47,333 nucleotides of DNA from Vitrella brassicaformis CCMP3155 (lineage: Eukaryota > Protista > Chromerida), in assembly GCA_001179505.1 (NCBI GenBank), contig CDMY01000582.1, positions 1 to 47,333 of the forward strand. Reading direction: 5' to 3'. The position numbers and the translations under genes are program-made. Position 1 is the first letter of the stretch, and every line of letters starts with the position of its first letter. Positions 11,941 through 24,081 of this stretch are shown here, one piece after another. The notes beneath the pieces were generated by a model. It saw only the letters and a list, made by a program, of their open reading frames with translations, ran no database searches and was not told the DNA's origin.

Positions 11941-14208
11941 TCAGCCCTCTCCCTCCTGCTGGTGGCCCTCCATCTCCCCTCTCGGCCGCTTCGTCCCGCG
12001 ACGCACCTGAGTGACAGACACAGACACACAGCAATGGGTGTATGTGTCATCAGGCCATGAGTGCCACTGACTGCATGACCTACCTGCTCCTTGAGGACGT
12101 CTATCTCCTGCCGAAGGCGTTCGTTCTCGGCCTCCAACCGCCGCCGGTCGGCCGACTCCTGAGCCACGAACAGACACACAGGAAGGCATGAGAAGTGGAC
12201 CTGCCGATCAAAGGGAGAAAAGTGTGGCTGACCTTGTTGCTCCTTGTGGTTTCTCGCTCGATGAATGCGCTGCACAGCTCGGTGAAGGCATCCTCATTCT
12301 GCGGTTCGAGTGCCTCCTTGAGGGCGGCCATGAATTCCGTTCGCACCGCTGAGGGAAGGATGGGAAGGATGGGAAGGATGGGAAGCACAGCAGGCACGTC
12401 CCTCAGGTTCTCCCGCATGAAGTCGGTGTCGTCGGTGTCGTCGGCGTCATCCCCCTGCAGTTGGGATATGATGATGTCGGCCTTGAGCTGCGCGAGCCTC
12501 TTCACGGCTGCCGCCCAGTGCAGCATGAGGGCAAGTCGATGATGCTGCGCCGCGACCATAAACGAGAACATCGACGCAGCAACCTCACGATGGATCGACC
12601 TGCATCCACACACCACACGCATCAGCCAGTCAGCCATGCACATGCACACGAGCACATCTTCCCTTCTCCCTCACTCACCGGGCCATGTTGGTGACTTCGT
12701 CCCAGCACCCGTCCTTGGCGCAGAGTCGGAGGTAGTGCAGGGCGAGGACGCGCATCGGGAAATGCTTGACTGTCAAGTTCAAGCGGACGTCCTTGAGTCG
12801 CGCCCCTCCCACCCCCTGCCGCGATAGTGCATCAGCCGAGATGTTGGCCTGGTTCATGTGCAGGCAGGTCTCTCCCGCGAGCAGCTTTACGCAGGAGTCC
12901 CCGACTGAGGGCTCTGACTCGTCGTTGCCCATCCGGATCCGCTCGGTGAAGAGAGAAGGGGGCCTGTGGAGCCGAATGGCAGTAGAGTCACCACGGAGGA
13001 CATCTAGTGAGCCGTCGACACCATAGCAGGTCACGTAGGCCTCTCCCTCGTCGCGATTGTTGAGCCTGTGGACCACCACGTGCCAGCCCGCGATGTCGCT
13101 CAGCTTCGTCTCGCCGTCTTTGATGGCGTCGATGGGAGGGGAGGAGGGGTAAGGGGGGACGAAGCGAGGCAGCCCAGCAACATAGGCGGCGCAGTCGTTG
13201 GTGAAGATCTCGGGACTGTTGACGGTGAACGGGTGGATGGTGCCGGAGACTGCATGGGCGAAGACGTCTTTCTCGAAAGCAGCACCTGCGGCCAAAGGGA
13301 AAAGAGGCAGCGGTAAGCTTCACCAATGAATGCATTTGGACATCCCTGCTTGCAAGGCGTACCGTGAGCAGCAGCGATCGATCGAGACCCGGTGGAATTG
13401 GTGATGAAGTTGCCCAGCTCCTCTCGACCTATATCGATCTCATCATACGACAGCGCCTCTGCCAGGCTGGCCAGCAGGCTCACGGCTGCCTTGGCCGCGG
13501 GCGAGTCCGCCCCGTCCCCTCCGCGCAGACAGGCGCGCCAGTGATCACGGACGATATCAGGCTTCTCGCGCACACACGGCAGCAGACGCTCGCAGATGTC
13601 TTTGTGCTGGTGGATGAAGAGCGCAATGAGCCCATATCGGGCGAAGCTGTCGAGCAGGCTGCTGGCCAGGCGCTGGTCATCCAGCCAGTTCTCCAACACC
13701 ATCTGACACATGACATGCAGAACCCAGACACATAGGATGAGAGCCTACGGCCTGTCTTCATCCTCTCGCCCACCCGTCGATGCAGACGCCACAGTACGCT
13801 GCTGGCTGTGGTGGCCTGGTCGGTGTCGAACTGCAGGTAGTCGAGTGCGATCATGGCGTCCAGCAGGTTGTCCTTGGTCAGCGAATCTACTATGTCCAGC
13901 TCATGCTGCAGCACCACCACATCGATGGCCCGAGTGACCTCCTTGATGCGGACCTCGCCCTGCTGCGCTTCCCGGAACTCGCCTGGCCCATCCAACACCT
14001 GTTGTTTGAAGCACAAACACGACAGGAGCGAAGAGCAGCCAATGAATCATCTGTCATTCTTTCACCTTTTATGTGTGCGTCCTTCGTTCCTGACCTTCTG
14101 CAAGTACTTGAACTGTTGAGCAATTCCCTCCGCAATTCTAAGAGGCTCATCTGCCTCGCCATCGTCGGCGAAACAAACCATGATGGTTCGCTCCATGGAG
14201 GTATCCAT
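11941..14208 (-). CDS. BTB/POZ (Skp1-like) domain protein with C-terminal coiled coil and basic tail
   Basis: Exons: MDTSMERTIMVCFADDGEADEPLRIAEGIAQQFKYLQK|VLDGPGEFREAQQGEVRIKEV..LTKDNLLDAMIALDYLQ (BTB pattern); later exons end RRRLEAENERLRQEIDVLKEQ|VRRGTKRPR..TGA; consistent GT-AG junctions. Confidence 0.75.
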
Positions 14209-14794
14209 TGAGATGAATCAAGTGAAGAAGAAAACACACAATAGAGCCGCGTTCTGCCCTTTGCTTTGCTCCTTTCCCTCTCTGTTGCGAGCTTATTGAC
14301 GGGCGGAGGATGGCGATGAAGGTGAGAATGGGTCAGAAAAGGGAAGCAAAGCAGCTGTGAAGGCCATCCATGGTCGGATCTTCCAAAACATGCGGTCGCC
14401 GTTTGCGTGGTGTCAGACACAGCTGCGATGGAGGACTGATGGAGGTCTGTGTGAGCCCCGGCGCATTGGCCAGCTGGCATATGACAGAAGTGAAGATTTT
14501 GCTTTCCTGTCCCTCGCTGAGGACCGTCACCCCCAGAAGGCGAGCAGCCAGCATGACATGCTGCGACACGCGTGAATACTCATTCATTCTCTGTGCATTT
14601 CTTCATTCAGCCGCTCAGCTGCCATCATGGCAGAAACGCTGCAGGGCGTGGGCAAACGCCTCTCGCTTCTTCATCGACCCGTGAGGTGTGTGCGTGCGAG
14701 TAGAGGAAGTCGCTCTCTGCTCTGCGACTCCCCTGTTTGTTTGTGTGTTTCCTTTTCTGCAGTGGCGTGCGATCCCCACAGGCGGCTTGCAGTG

Positions 14795-16245
14795 ATGCGT
14801 TGGCTGCTCCAGTGGTGGACGTCTCGCTTCTTCTACCGACGAGTTTCCGATAGCCAGCAGGATGACTCTATCACTCGGCCACTGTCGGTGGTCACGGCTC
14901 AAGAAAGCGCTGATCAAGGGCTCCCTGCTGACGTCTTTGCCCGTGTGGTCATCCCCTTTCTGCCCGTTGACGATGCCGTGCGGCTCCGGGCGGTCGGCAA
15001 GGCTTACGGCACTCGGCTGATCAATGAGGAGTTTCTACTTCGTCGCATCAGCAGCTCCCTCGCCCAGCAGCAGCTCACCGGCCTCATTGTTGTGGAGAGG
15101 GACCGCGGCGTCGACCCCTGGTTCCGTCCCCTCCCACCATCCCTCTCGCGATTTGGGTATCTCGCTCGCTGTGCGTACGTCATCGAGCAGGCGGCTGAGT
15201 GGCGGATGATGGCCGCATTTATCAAGGTGGCAGGTGTCTGCGGTGTGGGTCGCCCACTGCCCCTGGTACTCTCGGCTGAGAGAGTGGCGGCTCACCTTCC
15301 CGACAAGGCCAGCTTCCATCGGCTGCCCGCTGCCGTGGCCGTCTACAAGATATTTGGTCTGTTGGGCATTGGCCAGCTGGAGCTCAGGGAGGGCGGCAGA
15401 TGTGAGACTGACGTCTGTTTCGTGCCTTCCCGTCTGCTAGTTGGAGACATGTCTGCGGCCATTTTCGCCCTCTACCTGCTGGCGTATGGCTGGATCGTCC
15501 TGAGCATCCCGCTGTTTCTTCTTCCTGACACGCGCAACGGCCCGCATGGTGTCTGGTTCATCGTGCGCTGCCTCGCTGCCTGGGGGGCTGCTGCTGTGTT
15601 CGTTACGCTCTTCTACCCTGTGGCGGAACTTTGCGGATGGTTGCTCGCATTCTGGCTGCACAAGAGGAGGAGGGTGGTGCAGTGGTATGATCTCGGCGAA
15701 AGGCGATTCCGCATCATCGAGCGTGACGAGCTGTGGCAGCTCGTCCCATTCGTTCGGCCCAATCGCCACACTGACCGACCCATCAGCACGCCCAATGATT
15801 ATTGCGTGTATCGCTCCTTCAGCGGCTTTACCCTCGACTCGCTGCTGCAGATGCACGATGTTCGTTCCCGCATGAGGGTCGCTCTTGACGTTACGGTGCG
15901 GCGGCGCTGTCCGTGTTGGGAACCGGAACCCGATGGGACTCTGCCGACTGAATTCTCCACCCGTGAACCCGACCTGTCCGTCATAACGTGGTGCGAGGCC
16001 ATGTGGGGCAAGGGCCGAAATCACTTGGCTATGCTGCCGTGTGCGTGATGGTGCTGTTGCTGAATGGTGGGTCTGTGGTGGCCGCCGTGTCTGTCATCCA
16101 CAGGCGTATTGTGGTCAGGACGACCGAGGCGGAGGTGGCCGGTTGGGTTACGATCGACGAGCGGTTCCCTATCACGGTCGCTCGTGTGCGGCAGCTGCTG
16201 AGGCGACTCGGGCTCGAGAATGATGTCATTGGCCCACCGCCATGA
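14795..16245 (+). CDS. Second member of the chromerid lineage-expanded family with TM insert; frame break near 15990-16040 (cryptic intron, pseudogene or sequence error)
   Basis: GLPADVFARVVIPFLPVDDAVRLRAVGKAYG..INEEFLL..YLARCAYVIEQ; main frame stops at 16048, but the family-type C-terminus (VLLLNGG..TTEA..RFPITV..R..L) lies in another frame ending 16245. The 14681-14762 intron is 82 nt (not 3n), so ATG 14795 is preferred over 14627. Confidence 0.65.
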
Positions 16246-16363
16246 TTGAATGGATTTGTGACATCCTGTGATGAGAATCTCTAGGAGATCGGACGGACGA
16301 TGTGTCTGACCTTTTTTTGTCTCTGACTCACATACATATCCATGAATTTAATTATTGGTGTAT

Positions 16364-17575
16364 CTATCTAATCATGATTATGATATCGCGGGATCGCAAC
16401 TGTCCATTCATTTCATTCGCGCACCCCCAGTGACAGCCCCAGCACATATACGCATCCACGAGTACGGGTACACGCATCCTGTCACGCACACTACACACAC
16501 ACATACATACAGACATGTGCACACACAACTACTACCGAGGGCATTCCGTGTGCGCCTTGACAATCACGTGTGTGAGGGTCTCCTTCACGGCCGCCGGGCC
16601 CTCCAAATGCCGAACGCTATCTTCAAGAGACACCAGCTTCTGATACTTCAACATCTGCCCACCACACCCACAAGACCCACACACGTACTGCATCCATCCC
16701 CTCGTGTGTGTACACACCTGTATTCTATCAACATTGTCATAGAAGAGGTCTGTAAGGGTGTCGGGGATCCTCAAGTCCACCGCACACGAGAGGCCGCCCG
16801 CTTTCGACGGCACCAGCCCAGCATGGATGGGAGACACCCACACCTGAGTGCCGTTCGGCAACGTGAACAGCGGCAAGTCGGCTGCTCTGTGCCACTCAGA
16901 CACCTGCATGCACAGAGCGGCCTCTTGTGTGTCTCAGGCCTTCCTCTCTCCCTGATCTCCGTTTGCCTCACTGTATAGTGTGTCGGGCTTTATTCGCCTG
17001 ACTGTGCATTGCCACAGGCTGACTGGCGGCGGGATAACGCGATAATGCTGGCCGTTGTCAGCCGTCTTGTCGACCACCTGACCCGTCAACAGACGCTCCT
17101 TCTCACCTGCACAGACGGGCACACTCCTCTCCTGTTGCCCGTCTCACTTGTGAGTGACTGACCATCAGTGAATGAGGGCACCAGGTCGGGCGTGACAATG
17201 TCCTTGGGCCCTTGGAGCTGCAGCGTCGTCTTGGCATCGCGGGGCGACACACGAATCCAACAGTAGCTTCCAATCGCCGCATGGCGAGACACAGCAAGGC
17301 CCTTGAGGGGTTTTGTCAACAGCAGTGAGGCCAGCGTGACCTCCTGGTCCCATGGTGCGACGATAGAGAGGGCGTCGAAGATTGCGGATGAGGCGGAATC
17401 AGATGTCGCATTGGCTCGGTTGTGCTCAGAGTCCACCCTGACCCTGCAAACGTAATCTTGAAGTAACAGTCTGGTTCATGGCTTGCTGGCTGTGTGGTTG
17501 CCTTGATAATTCGCCATTGGCCTTCACTGCGGTGAAAGTGAGGTGCAGGAGGACGAGAAACCGTCGATTCATCAT
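16364..17575 (-). CDS. Hypothetical secreted protein, about 6 exons
   Basis: MMNRRFLVLLHLTFTAVKA signal-like start; exon chain (VRVDSEHN.., GEKERLL.., VSEWHRAADLP.., MLKYQKLV.., ..CWGCHWGC..) keeps frame only if intron 1 (17444-17501) uses a GC donor. No domain recognised. Confidence 0.5.
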
Positions 17576-18416
17576 CAATTTCCGATACGTCCCTGAGGAG
17601 GAGACGGAAAGAGAGACAGGATCATGCAGTGCAAAGCCATCTGTTCAGTAAACTTCTGGTGCATGGAAGCATCAGTGAGCTCTCTCCAGCATCAAATTAC
17701 TTGATCTATCCGTTTCGTCAGCCGCAGAGCACTCTTGCCCCCGTAAAACACTCCGGGCCAGGCTCAGATTCTGAGGATTCTTTCCATGGGGGAGCGGTGG
17801 GCTTCAGCCTCTACCCCTCGACACAATCGTGTTCCGCACCCTCCTTGCGTCAGCATCTACTTCAGGCCCGAAACACCTCCATTGGCTTGGTGGTGGCGAC
17901 GTGAAAAGACCAGTGCTCTCAATGCATAATTGAAAGGGGCCCATCCATAAGGTGGCTGTCCCTTTGCTACTCTTAGCTGCATGGCCATTCATTTTTGATT
18001 TGAATGCATGGGCAAGTCCATTCCATTTGCTCGCACAAGTCGATAAGCTAACTCGGCGTGGCTGCGGTGCTCTGTCGTGCGTCGTGAGACAGCAGGAAAT
18101 ATGCACGGAGGTCGTCTTCACACGCATACGACAAAGCAAAACCGCCTCACATCACCGGTCATTGTGATGACACCCGACATGACCGACCGACACCCCTCTC
18201 CATTCCATCGCATGCACACGAGCAAAATCGCAACGGGGTCAAGTCAGTGGGAAAAACTCAGCCGCCTCAACGTTAAGACACACACGCATCTCACCCCACA
18301 CTCATATCAGTCAGTATCGTACACATACAACAATCAGAATACTCACAATCAATCGACCGAGAGGAGGAAGTGAAAAATTCGCATCGCTCCCTCCCTCTCT
18401 CTCCGTCTTGCCTGTC

Positions 18417-19656
18417 TCAGTATCCGGCGGCCTTGTCGATGGGCGTCAGCATCTCCTTCTCGCCCGCCAGGAATCGGTCCAGGTTGCCCTCCATGACGTG
18501 CAGGGCACACTCGCTGTAGTCGGGCGTCCAGTCGGCGTTGTGGGCCGTGATGAGCACGTTGTCCAGCCCCCACAGCCCGGAGCTCTCCGGCAGCGGCTCC
18601 ACGTGGAACACGTCAAGCGCCGCGCCCCTGATGGCGCCGCGCTTCAGCACGTCGATCAATGCGTCCTCGTCAACCACTGTGCCACGACCTGCACCCATCC
18701 ATCCATCCATCCATCCACAACACGTACAGGATGGCCGTGCGTGTGTCTGTGTCTGTGTCTGTGTCTGTGTCTATGTCTGTGTCTGGGTGTGCTCTGACCG
18801 ATTGAGATGAAGACGGCAGTTGGCTTCATGGCGGCGAACTCCTTGGCGCCACAGAAGTTGAATGTGTCTGGCGTCCCGGGCAGCGAGCACACGACATAGT
18901 CCGAACGACGGAACACCTGCACAGAACGCACATCACATGCACACAGTCATGAACGAAAGCGTGAATCGATTGCATATGTGTCCAATCCATCTGTGTATGT
19001 GCAGTCTGGCTGACCTCCATCTTTTCCTCCTCGATTTCTGGCGAGAAGACCTCGTCGGCCAAATCGTCAGCGCCCTTGTTCTTGGAGCGCCTGAGTGCCA
19101 GTATCCTCATGCCGAAGGCGTGTTTGGCGATCTTGGCGGTGGCCTTGCCGATGTCACCGAAGCCCACGAAGCCCATGCTCTTGCCGTGCAGCTCGTGCAT
19201 GATGAACTTGTCCCAGTGCCGCGACTTGGTGTTGGCCATGATCCGCGGCACCTGCTTCTCGAAATGCAGCGCCGCAGCCATCGAGTACTCGGCCAGCGAC
19301 CGGCTGAAGGCCCCCTTGGCGTTGGTCACGGGGATGTCGGGCCGGTTCAGCAAAAACTGCTTGATGAAGGGATGCAGGGGCTCCAGGCCGGCGAACCACG
19401 AGTGCACCCACCGCACCTTGGGCAGCAGCGGCCACAGATCAGGGAGGATCTTGGCATCACCTGGCGGCACCCACACGAGCGCCTCGGCCTCGCTCAGATT
19501 GGGGTAGGCGGTGAACTCGGCGAGCGTGTTCCCGAGCAGGATGTCGGCCTTGCTCTCAAGGGTGCGGACGAGGGGGAGGGCGGCTGCCGAGGGATTCTTG
19601 TCCTTGTCGGCCAACACAGCTATGACGATCTTCTGGGATGAGGGACGTCCATTCAT
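18417..19656 (-). CDS. D-isomer-specific 2-hydroxyacid dehydrogenase (NAD(P)-binding)
   Basis: VTNAKG, GFVGFGDIG dinucleotide-binding loop, FISI|GRG (catalytic Arg), AALDVFHVEPLP (Glu), ITAHNA (His); 3 exons. Confidence 0.95.
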
Positions 19657-19688
19657 TGTTGTCGTCTGGGGAGGAGGCTGCGGGGAAA

Positions 19689-19701
19689 GGAAATTGAATG
19701 A
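19689..19701 (-). promoter_or_regulatory. Putative initiator-like core promoter element TCATTCAATTTCC
   Basis: On the minus strand ~33 bp upstream of the dehydrogenase ATG; resembles protist Inr (TCAYTY) plus an AATTT element; a similar TCATTC..GCATTTC occurs at ~14580-14600. Not tested statistically. Confidence 0.3.
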
Positions 19702-19870
19702 GAGAAGCGCCGGTGCGAGCTTGACTGGGAAATTGGACCGTTTCACGGTCACTTCGACGTGCGGACGCGAACGTCTTCACCGTGCAAGCATAGCGACAGC
19801 TGCGGCAAGCAAGGCTGTTCAGCGCCATCGCACAGGCGTCTGCGCCAGGCCAACACGACTGAAGCCACCG

Positions 19871-22800
19871 ATGGTGATGATGCTTCAGCGGCTGCTGCTG
19901 TGCCTTTGCGCCGTCTTTCTCTTCGGCGTCAGCCAGGTGAGGATCAGGAGTGCTTTTGTGGACGAAAATAGGTGTGTTGTCATCTCCGTACAGGCCGCGC
20001 CCATTGAAACCTTGATTGAGACTGTAGCGGATGTCCTCAACCAAACAGCCGACCCATGCACCGTACGCAGACCTCTTCTGCACAGATCTGAGCCTGTGTT
20101 GAGATGTGTCTGTCGGTCCATGCAGGATGTGGTAGAGTACTCGTGCGGCAAGTGGCGGGAAGCCTTTGAGCTGCCCAAAGAGGAGTCAAGATGGCTGAGA
20201 GCGTTCCATGGGCTCGACAACACAACAAAGTCAACCAACTGCGTGCACACCACTTGACAGATCAGAACACACGGGCCATCCACGTGTCTGCCCGCGTCTG
20301 CTTCTGTCCAACAGGCATTTGATCCGTGACGTCCTGGATGGTGGCAAGTGCTCTCAGCTGCCCAATCAAGAGGAGAAGAAAGAACCGGCAGACGGATGGG
20401 AGGAACTGCTGTTTTGCTACTACCAGGTGACGAAACACACGCGCGATCACACACGCGCTCATGTCGGCTGCTGCATACGTTGTCTGTCATTCAGGCGTGC
20501 ATGGATCAGGACCGCTTGGATGAGCTGGGCAGCCAGCCTCTGCTGTCCTTCATGGAAAGAGAGCTGCCATTTCTACTGGAGACAGACATCGGTGGATGGG
20601 AAACGATGACACCAGCTGGTCAGTCAGCCGATGCACGTGTACAAAGGTGTGGGAACACACATCACACACGACACGCCTACGTCTGTCTGCTTTGTTTCCC
20701 GTGTGTATGGTATGCAGAGAAAGGCAAAGTGATGGCTGAGATCCTGGCTCGCATGCACATTCACCCCTTTTCGCCGTTCTTCTCTGTTTACCTCGACGAG
20801 AACCCCCTTGTGGAAGAAGACAAAGTTGGGATTGCGATCAGCCAAGGCGGCCTTGTCCTGGACTATGGCCAGTACGACGAGGAGAAAGTGCTTCAGGCTT
20901 ACTTGGATTATCTCTCTGGAAGCCAGGAGCTCTTCCAAAGCGCCGTTGCTACCGGCAGTCCGCCGTCCCTCAAAGGCTCCCGCCGGGCTTTCCTGGAACC
21001 ACCTGCCGCTGCTGAGGAGACACTGGACATTGAGAAAGACCTGCAGAACATCTCTCTCAGCCCAACAGAGATAAAGGATCCTGTTGCGACAACGAATCTG
21101 ATGACCTTTGCTGACCTCAAGGACCTGATGCCTACATTCGACTGGGACACATTCTTCAAGACATTCGGTATGGAAGCACGAAAGCACGCGGCCAATGGTA
21201 CTGCATGAGATAGAATGTTCGTTGTGATGCTTCCATCCTTCCTTCAGGTGATGCACTCGGCTTGCCGGCAATGACAAACGAGACCGAGGTCATCATCCAC
21301 AACGAGACCTACTTCCGCGAGCTTAATAAGCTCCTCACAGAAGTGTGGGACGACAAGGCAATCCTGGCATACCTCCAAGGGCAACTATTTTCCGGGTAAG
21401 AGCAAAAGCTCAATAATGGCACACACCATTACGGGATTGCCTGTGCCCTTTCTCGTGCATATGTGGTCTGTCTTTCAGAATGGGTGCCTTGTTGAGCCGT
21501 GAGTGGTTGGAATTGTCATACGACTTCAACCGGAACGTCAAGAATGCCGAGCCCAGGGAGAGATGGGATGAATGTCAGGGTATGGCAAGAAGCACACTGA
21601 AATGGGTCAGACAATGTGAACAGCAAATCAGCGACGGAAAGGGAGAACAAGAGATCTTTGCGCTGTCCTTTTTCTCAGATCGTCGCTCGTGTTGTCCTGG
21701 AGGAGTTCGACCCGAACCTGAAAGCGGTGGCGGACGCCATGGTCGCCAACGTGAAAGCTGCCTTTCGCGATGTGCTGGACGAGATCCAATGGATGACCAA
21801 TGAGACCAAGTGAGTGCATTGAGTGCATGCCGAAGCGCACGGAAGCTCTGCTGGCATGGTGGGTTGCTCATCCAGGGACGTTGCGTACGAGAAGCTCGAG
21901 AAGGTCTGCAACACATCCGTCCACCCATGTATGTGTGCGGGTCTTTCTGTCTGGGTGTATCGAGAAGGTCACTTACCAGATCGCCAATCCCGCATGGATC
22001 CTCACCGACGAAGAATATCGCGTCAACTTCGAGAAGATCTACGGTCCTGAGACGGCGGCCGCTGAGCTGGATGCTCATCTTTTCGATGCAACTCTATACG
22101 TCCAGGAACAGACGGTATGCGAGGGAGCGACCAATGCTTCACACTTGCGCGCTTCAAACCTCTCCGCCTTGCTTACTTGTCAGCAACGATACTCTGTGAG
22201 TTTCTTCGGGAAGCCATTCGATCGTGAAGTCATCGGCTGGTATCGCTCGCCCATTGACACGAATGCCTTCTACGTTGCTGATTGGAACACCATGTGAGTG
22301 GGACGAGGTGAAGATTGGCGTGCGTGCATTATCATGCGTGTATTCTGCATGTCCTGGGCATCGCAGGACCTTTCTTGCCGGCATATTGCAAGCGCCTGTG
22401 TTCTACCCATTCAACGAGAGTGATGACTCTGAGAACGCCATTCTCGCGAAGACGGTCAGACGACCAAACAAGCGTGTCTCTCTCTCTCCCTCTATTGAAG
22501 TCTTTGTCTTTGTGTGGATGTGTCAATGTCTCGGCAGGCGATCAACCATGGTGGCATCGGGGCTGTGATGGGTCACGAACTAATCCACGGTACGTGAGCA
22601 TACAGGCAACTGACGATTGATGCCGCCCATCCAACTGTCCCTCTGCTTCGCATGGCCGTTTGACAGGGTTCGACACAAGAGGCCGCGAGTACAATCCCGA
22701 CGGCCTGCTGTTCAATTGGTGGAGCGATGTCTCTCGGGTAAGTAAGCGACGTCATGTATAATTCGTCGTGTACTCACTCTCTCTGTCTCCCTCTCTCGCC

Positions 22801-23272
22801 TACGTGAATGCAGACTGAGTTCGAAGCCAAGACTGACTGTGTCGTCGCACAGTTCTCCGAGTATGTGGCCGTCGAAAAGGGGGAGCTCGATGACCTGCAA
22901 GAGGACATCAAAGTAGATGGCTTGCTCACCGTGACGGAGAACACGGCTGACTTAGGAGGGATCTATCTCGGCTACAAGGCGCTACTCAAGGAGCTGACCG
23001 AAGAGCAGCTGCAGATCAAGCCGCTGGAGGAATACGGACACGACCTCACTGTCGGACAGCTGTTCTTCCTGGGCTGGACACAGGTTTGGGCATGCCACGA
23101 GACGCGGCCCGAAGAGAGGAAGAAGCGCGTCGAGAGGGACTATCACGCGGCTGCAGCAGTGCGGGCGCTGGGGCCGGTCTCCAATCTGGCTGAGTACTCG
23201 AAGGCCTTCAACTGCCCGCCGGACTCGGCCGTCAATCTGCCGGCCAGGGACGAGCAGTGCAAAGTGTGGTAG
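19871..23272 (+). CDS. M13 family zinc metalloendopeptidase (neprilysin/ECE-like), with signal peptide
   Basis: MVMMLQRLLLCLCAVFLFGVSQ|AA; DPC..DVVEYSCGKW; NAFY; GHELIHGFD (HExxH at 22574-22588); ENTADLGG; DYH..VR; terminal FNCP..CKVW. Confidence 0.95.
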
Positions 23273-24081
23273 ATAGGGGGGGAGTACTCCGTTGTGTGTT
23301 CGTTGTACCTGTATGAGTGTGTCTCGCGAATCGTTTGCACGACTAAGGGCTGGCTGTTCATAGATATCGACGTGTGTTTATAGCAGTGTGTTGTCCTTTT
23401 TGGAGAGCTCAGTTATTGTGGTGTGGGCGTGGATGAGGTAGGCATAGTTTCCGATCCAGTGAGGCCAAAACGGACCCCTGCTGAGGTATGTGCGTGAGTG
23501 AGTGAGTGAGTGGGCGAGTGGGAAGGGGTTTATAGAAGTAGCTGGAGTTGTTTCTGTCAGCTAAGTTTGCTGAAGGCCTCAATGACCTAATCAACGTGCT
23601 GCGTCATGCCTGCCTGCCTGTCTGTCTGTCTGTCTGCCTGACCACAATGGCTTGGAAGACATTAAGTATTTGTGAGAGAGTGACCAGTCGGGGTCCTCAA
23701 GCTTCTTCTTTGTCTCTATCTATTGTTCGTGCTGTCTGTCTGTGTACTGTCTTGTCAGCAATGTGTGTGTGCGTCCATGCGGTTTATCTCCCGTAGATAT
23801 GGACACAGCTTCTCCATAATCGATAATAGACATGATGTGGACACATGGATATTGGCATGCTCACCTGAGTCTTTTCCAGGCCTGCCTGCCTGTCTGCCTA
23901 TCTATCGGGTCGGTCTGCGTGTGTCCGCACAGCGACGAACCAATCAAACAGACAGAATGGGTGACTGACTGACCGACAAACCAGCTGCCACTGCACGCCT
24001 TCCTTGTACACTAACGCACAGATGCACATATATGACACCCACGGAGAGGAGAGGAGCCATCCACCCGTCGCTTCAGTTCAT

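Noticed and set aside
12350-12450. 9-bp coding repeats giving LPILPILPILP and DDADDTDDTD in the BTB gene
   Set aside because: Ordinary slippage-derived low-complexity sequence.
18862-19641. Long antisense or alternate-frame ORFs (also 19076-19507, 41128-41610, 13780-14211 and similar)
   Set aside because: Shadows of GC-rich codon usage on the opposite strand of identified genes.
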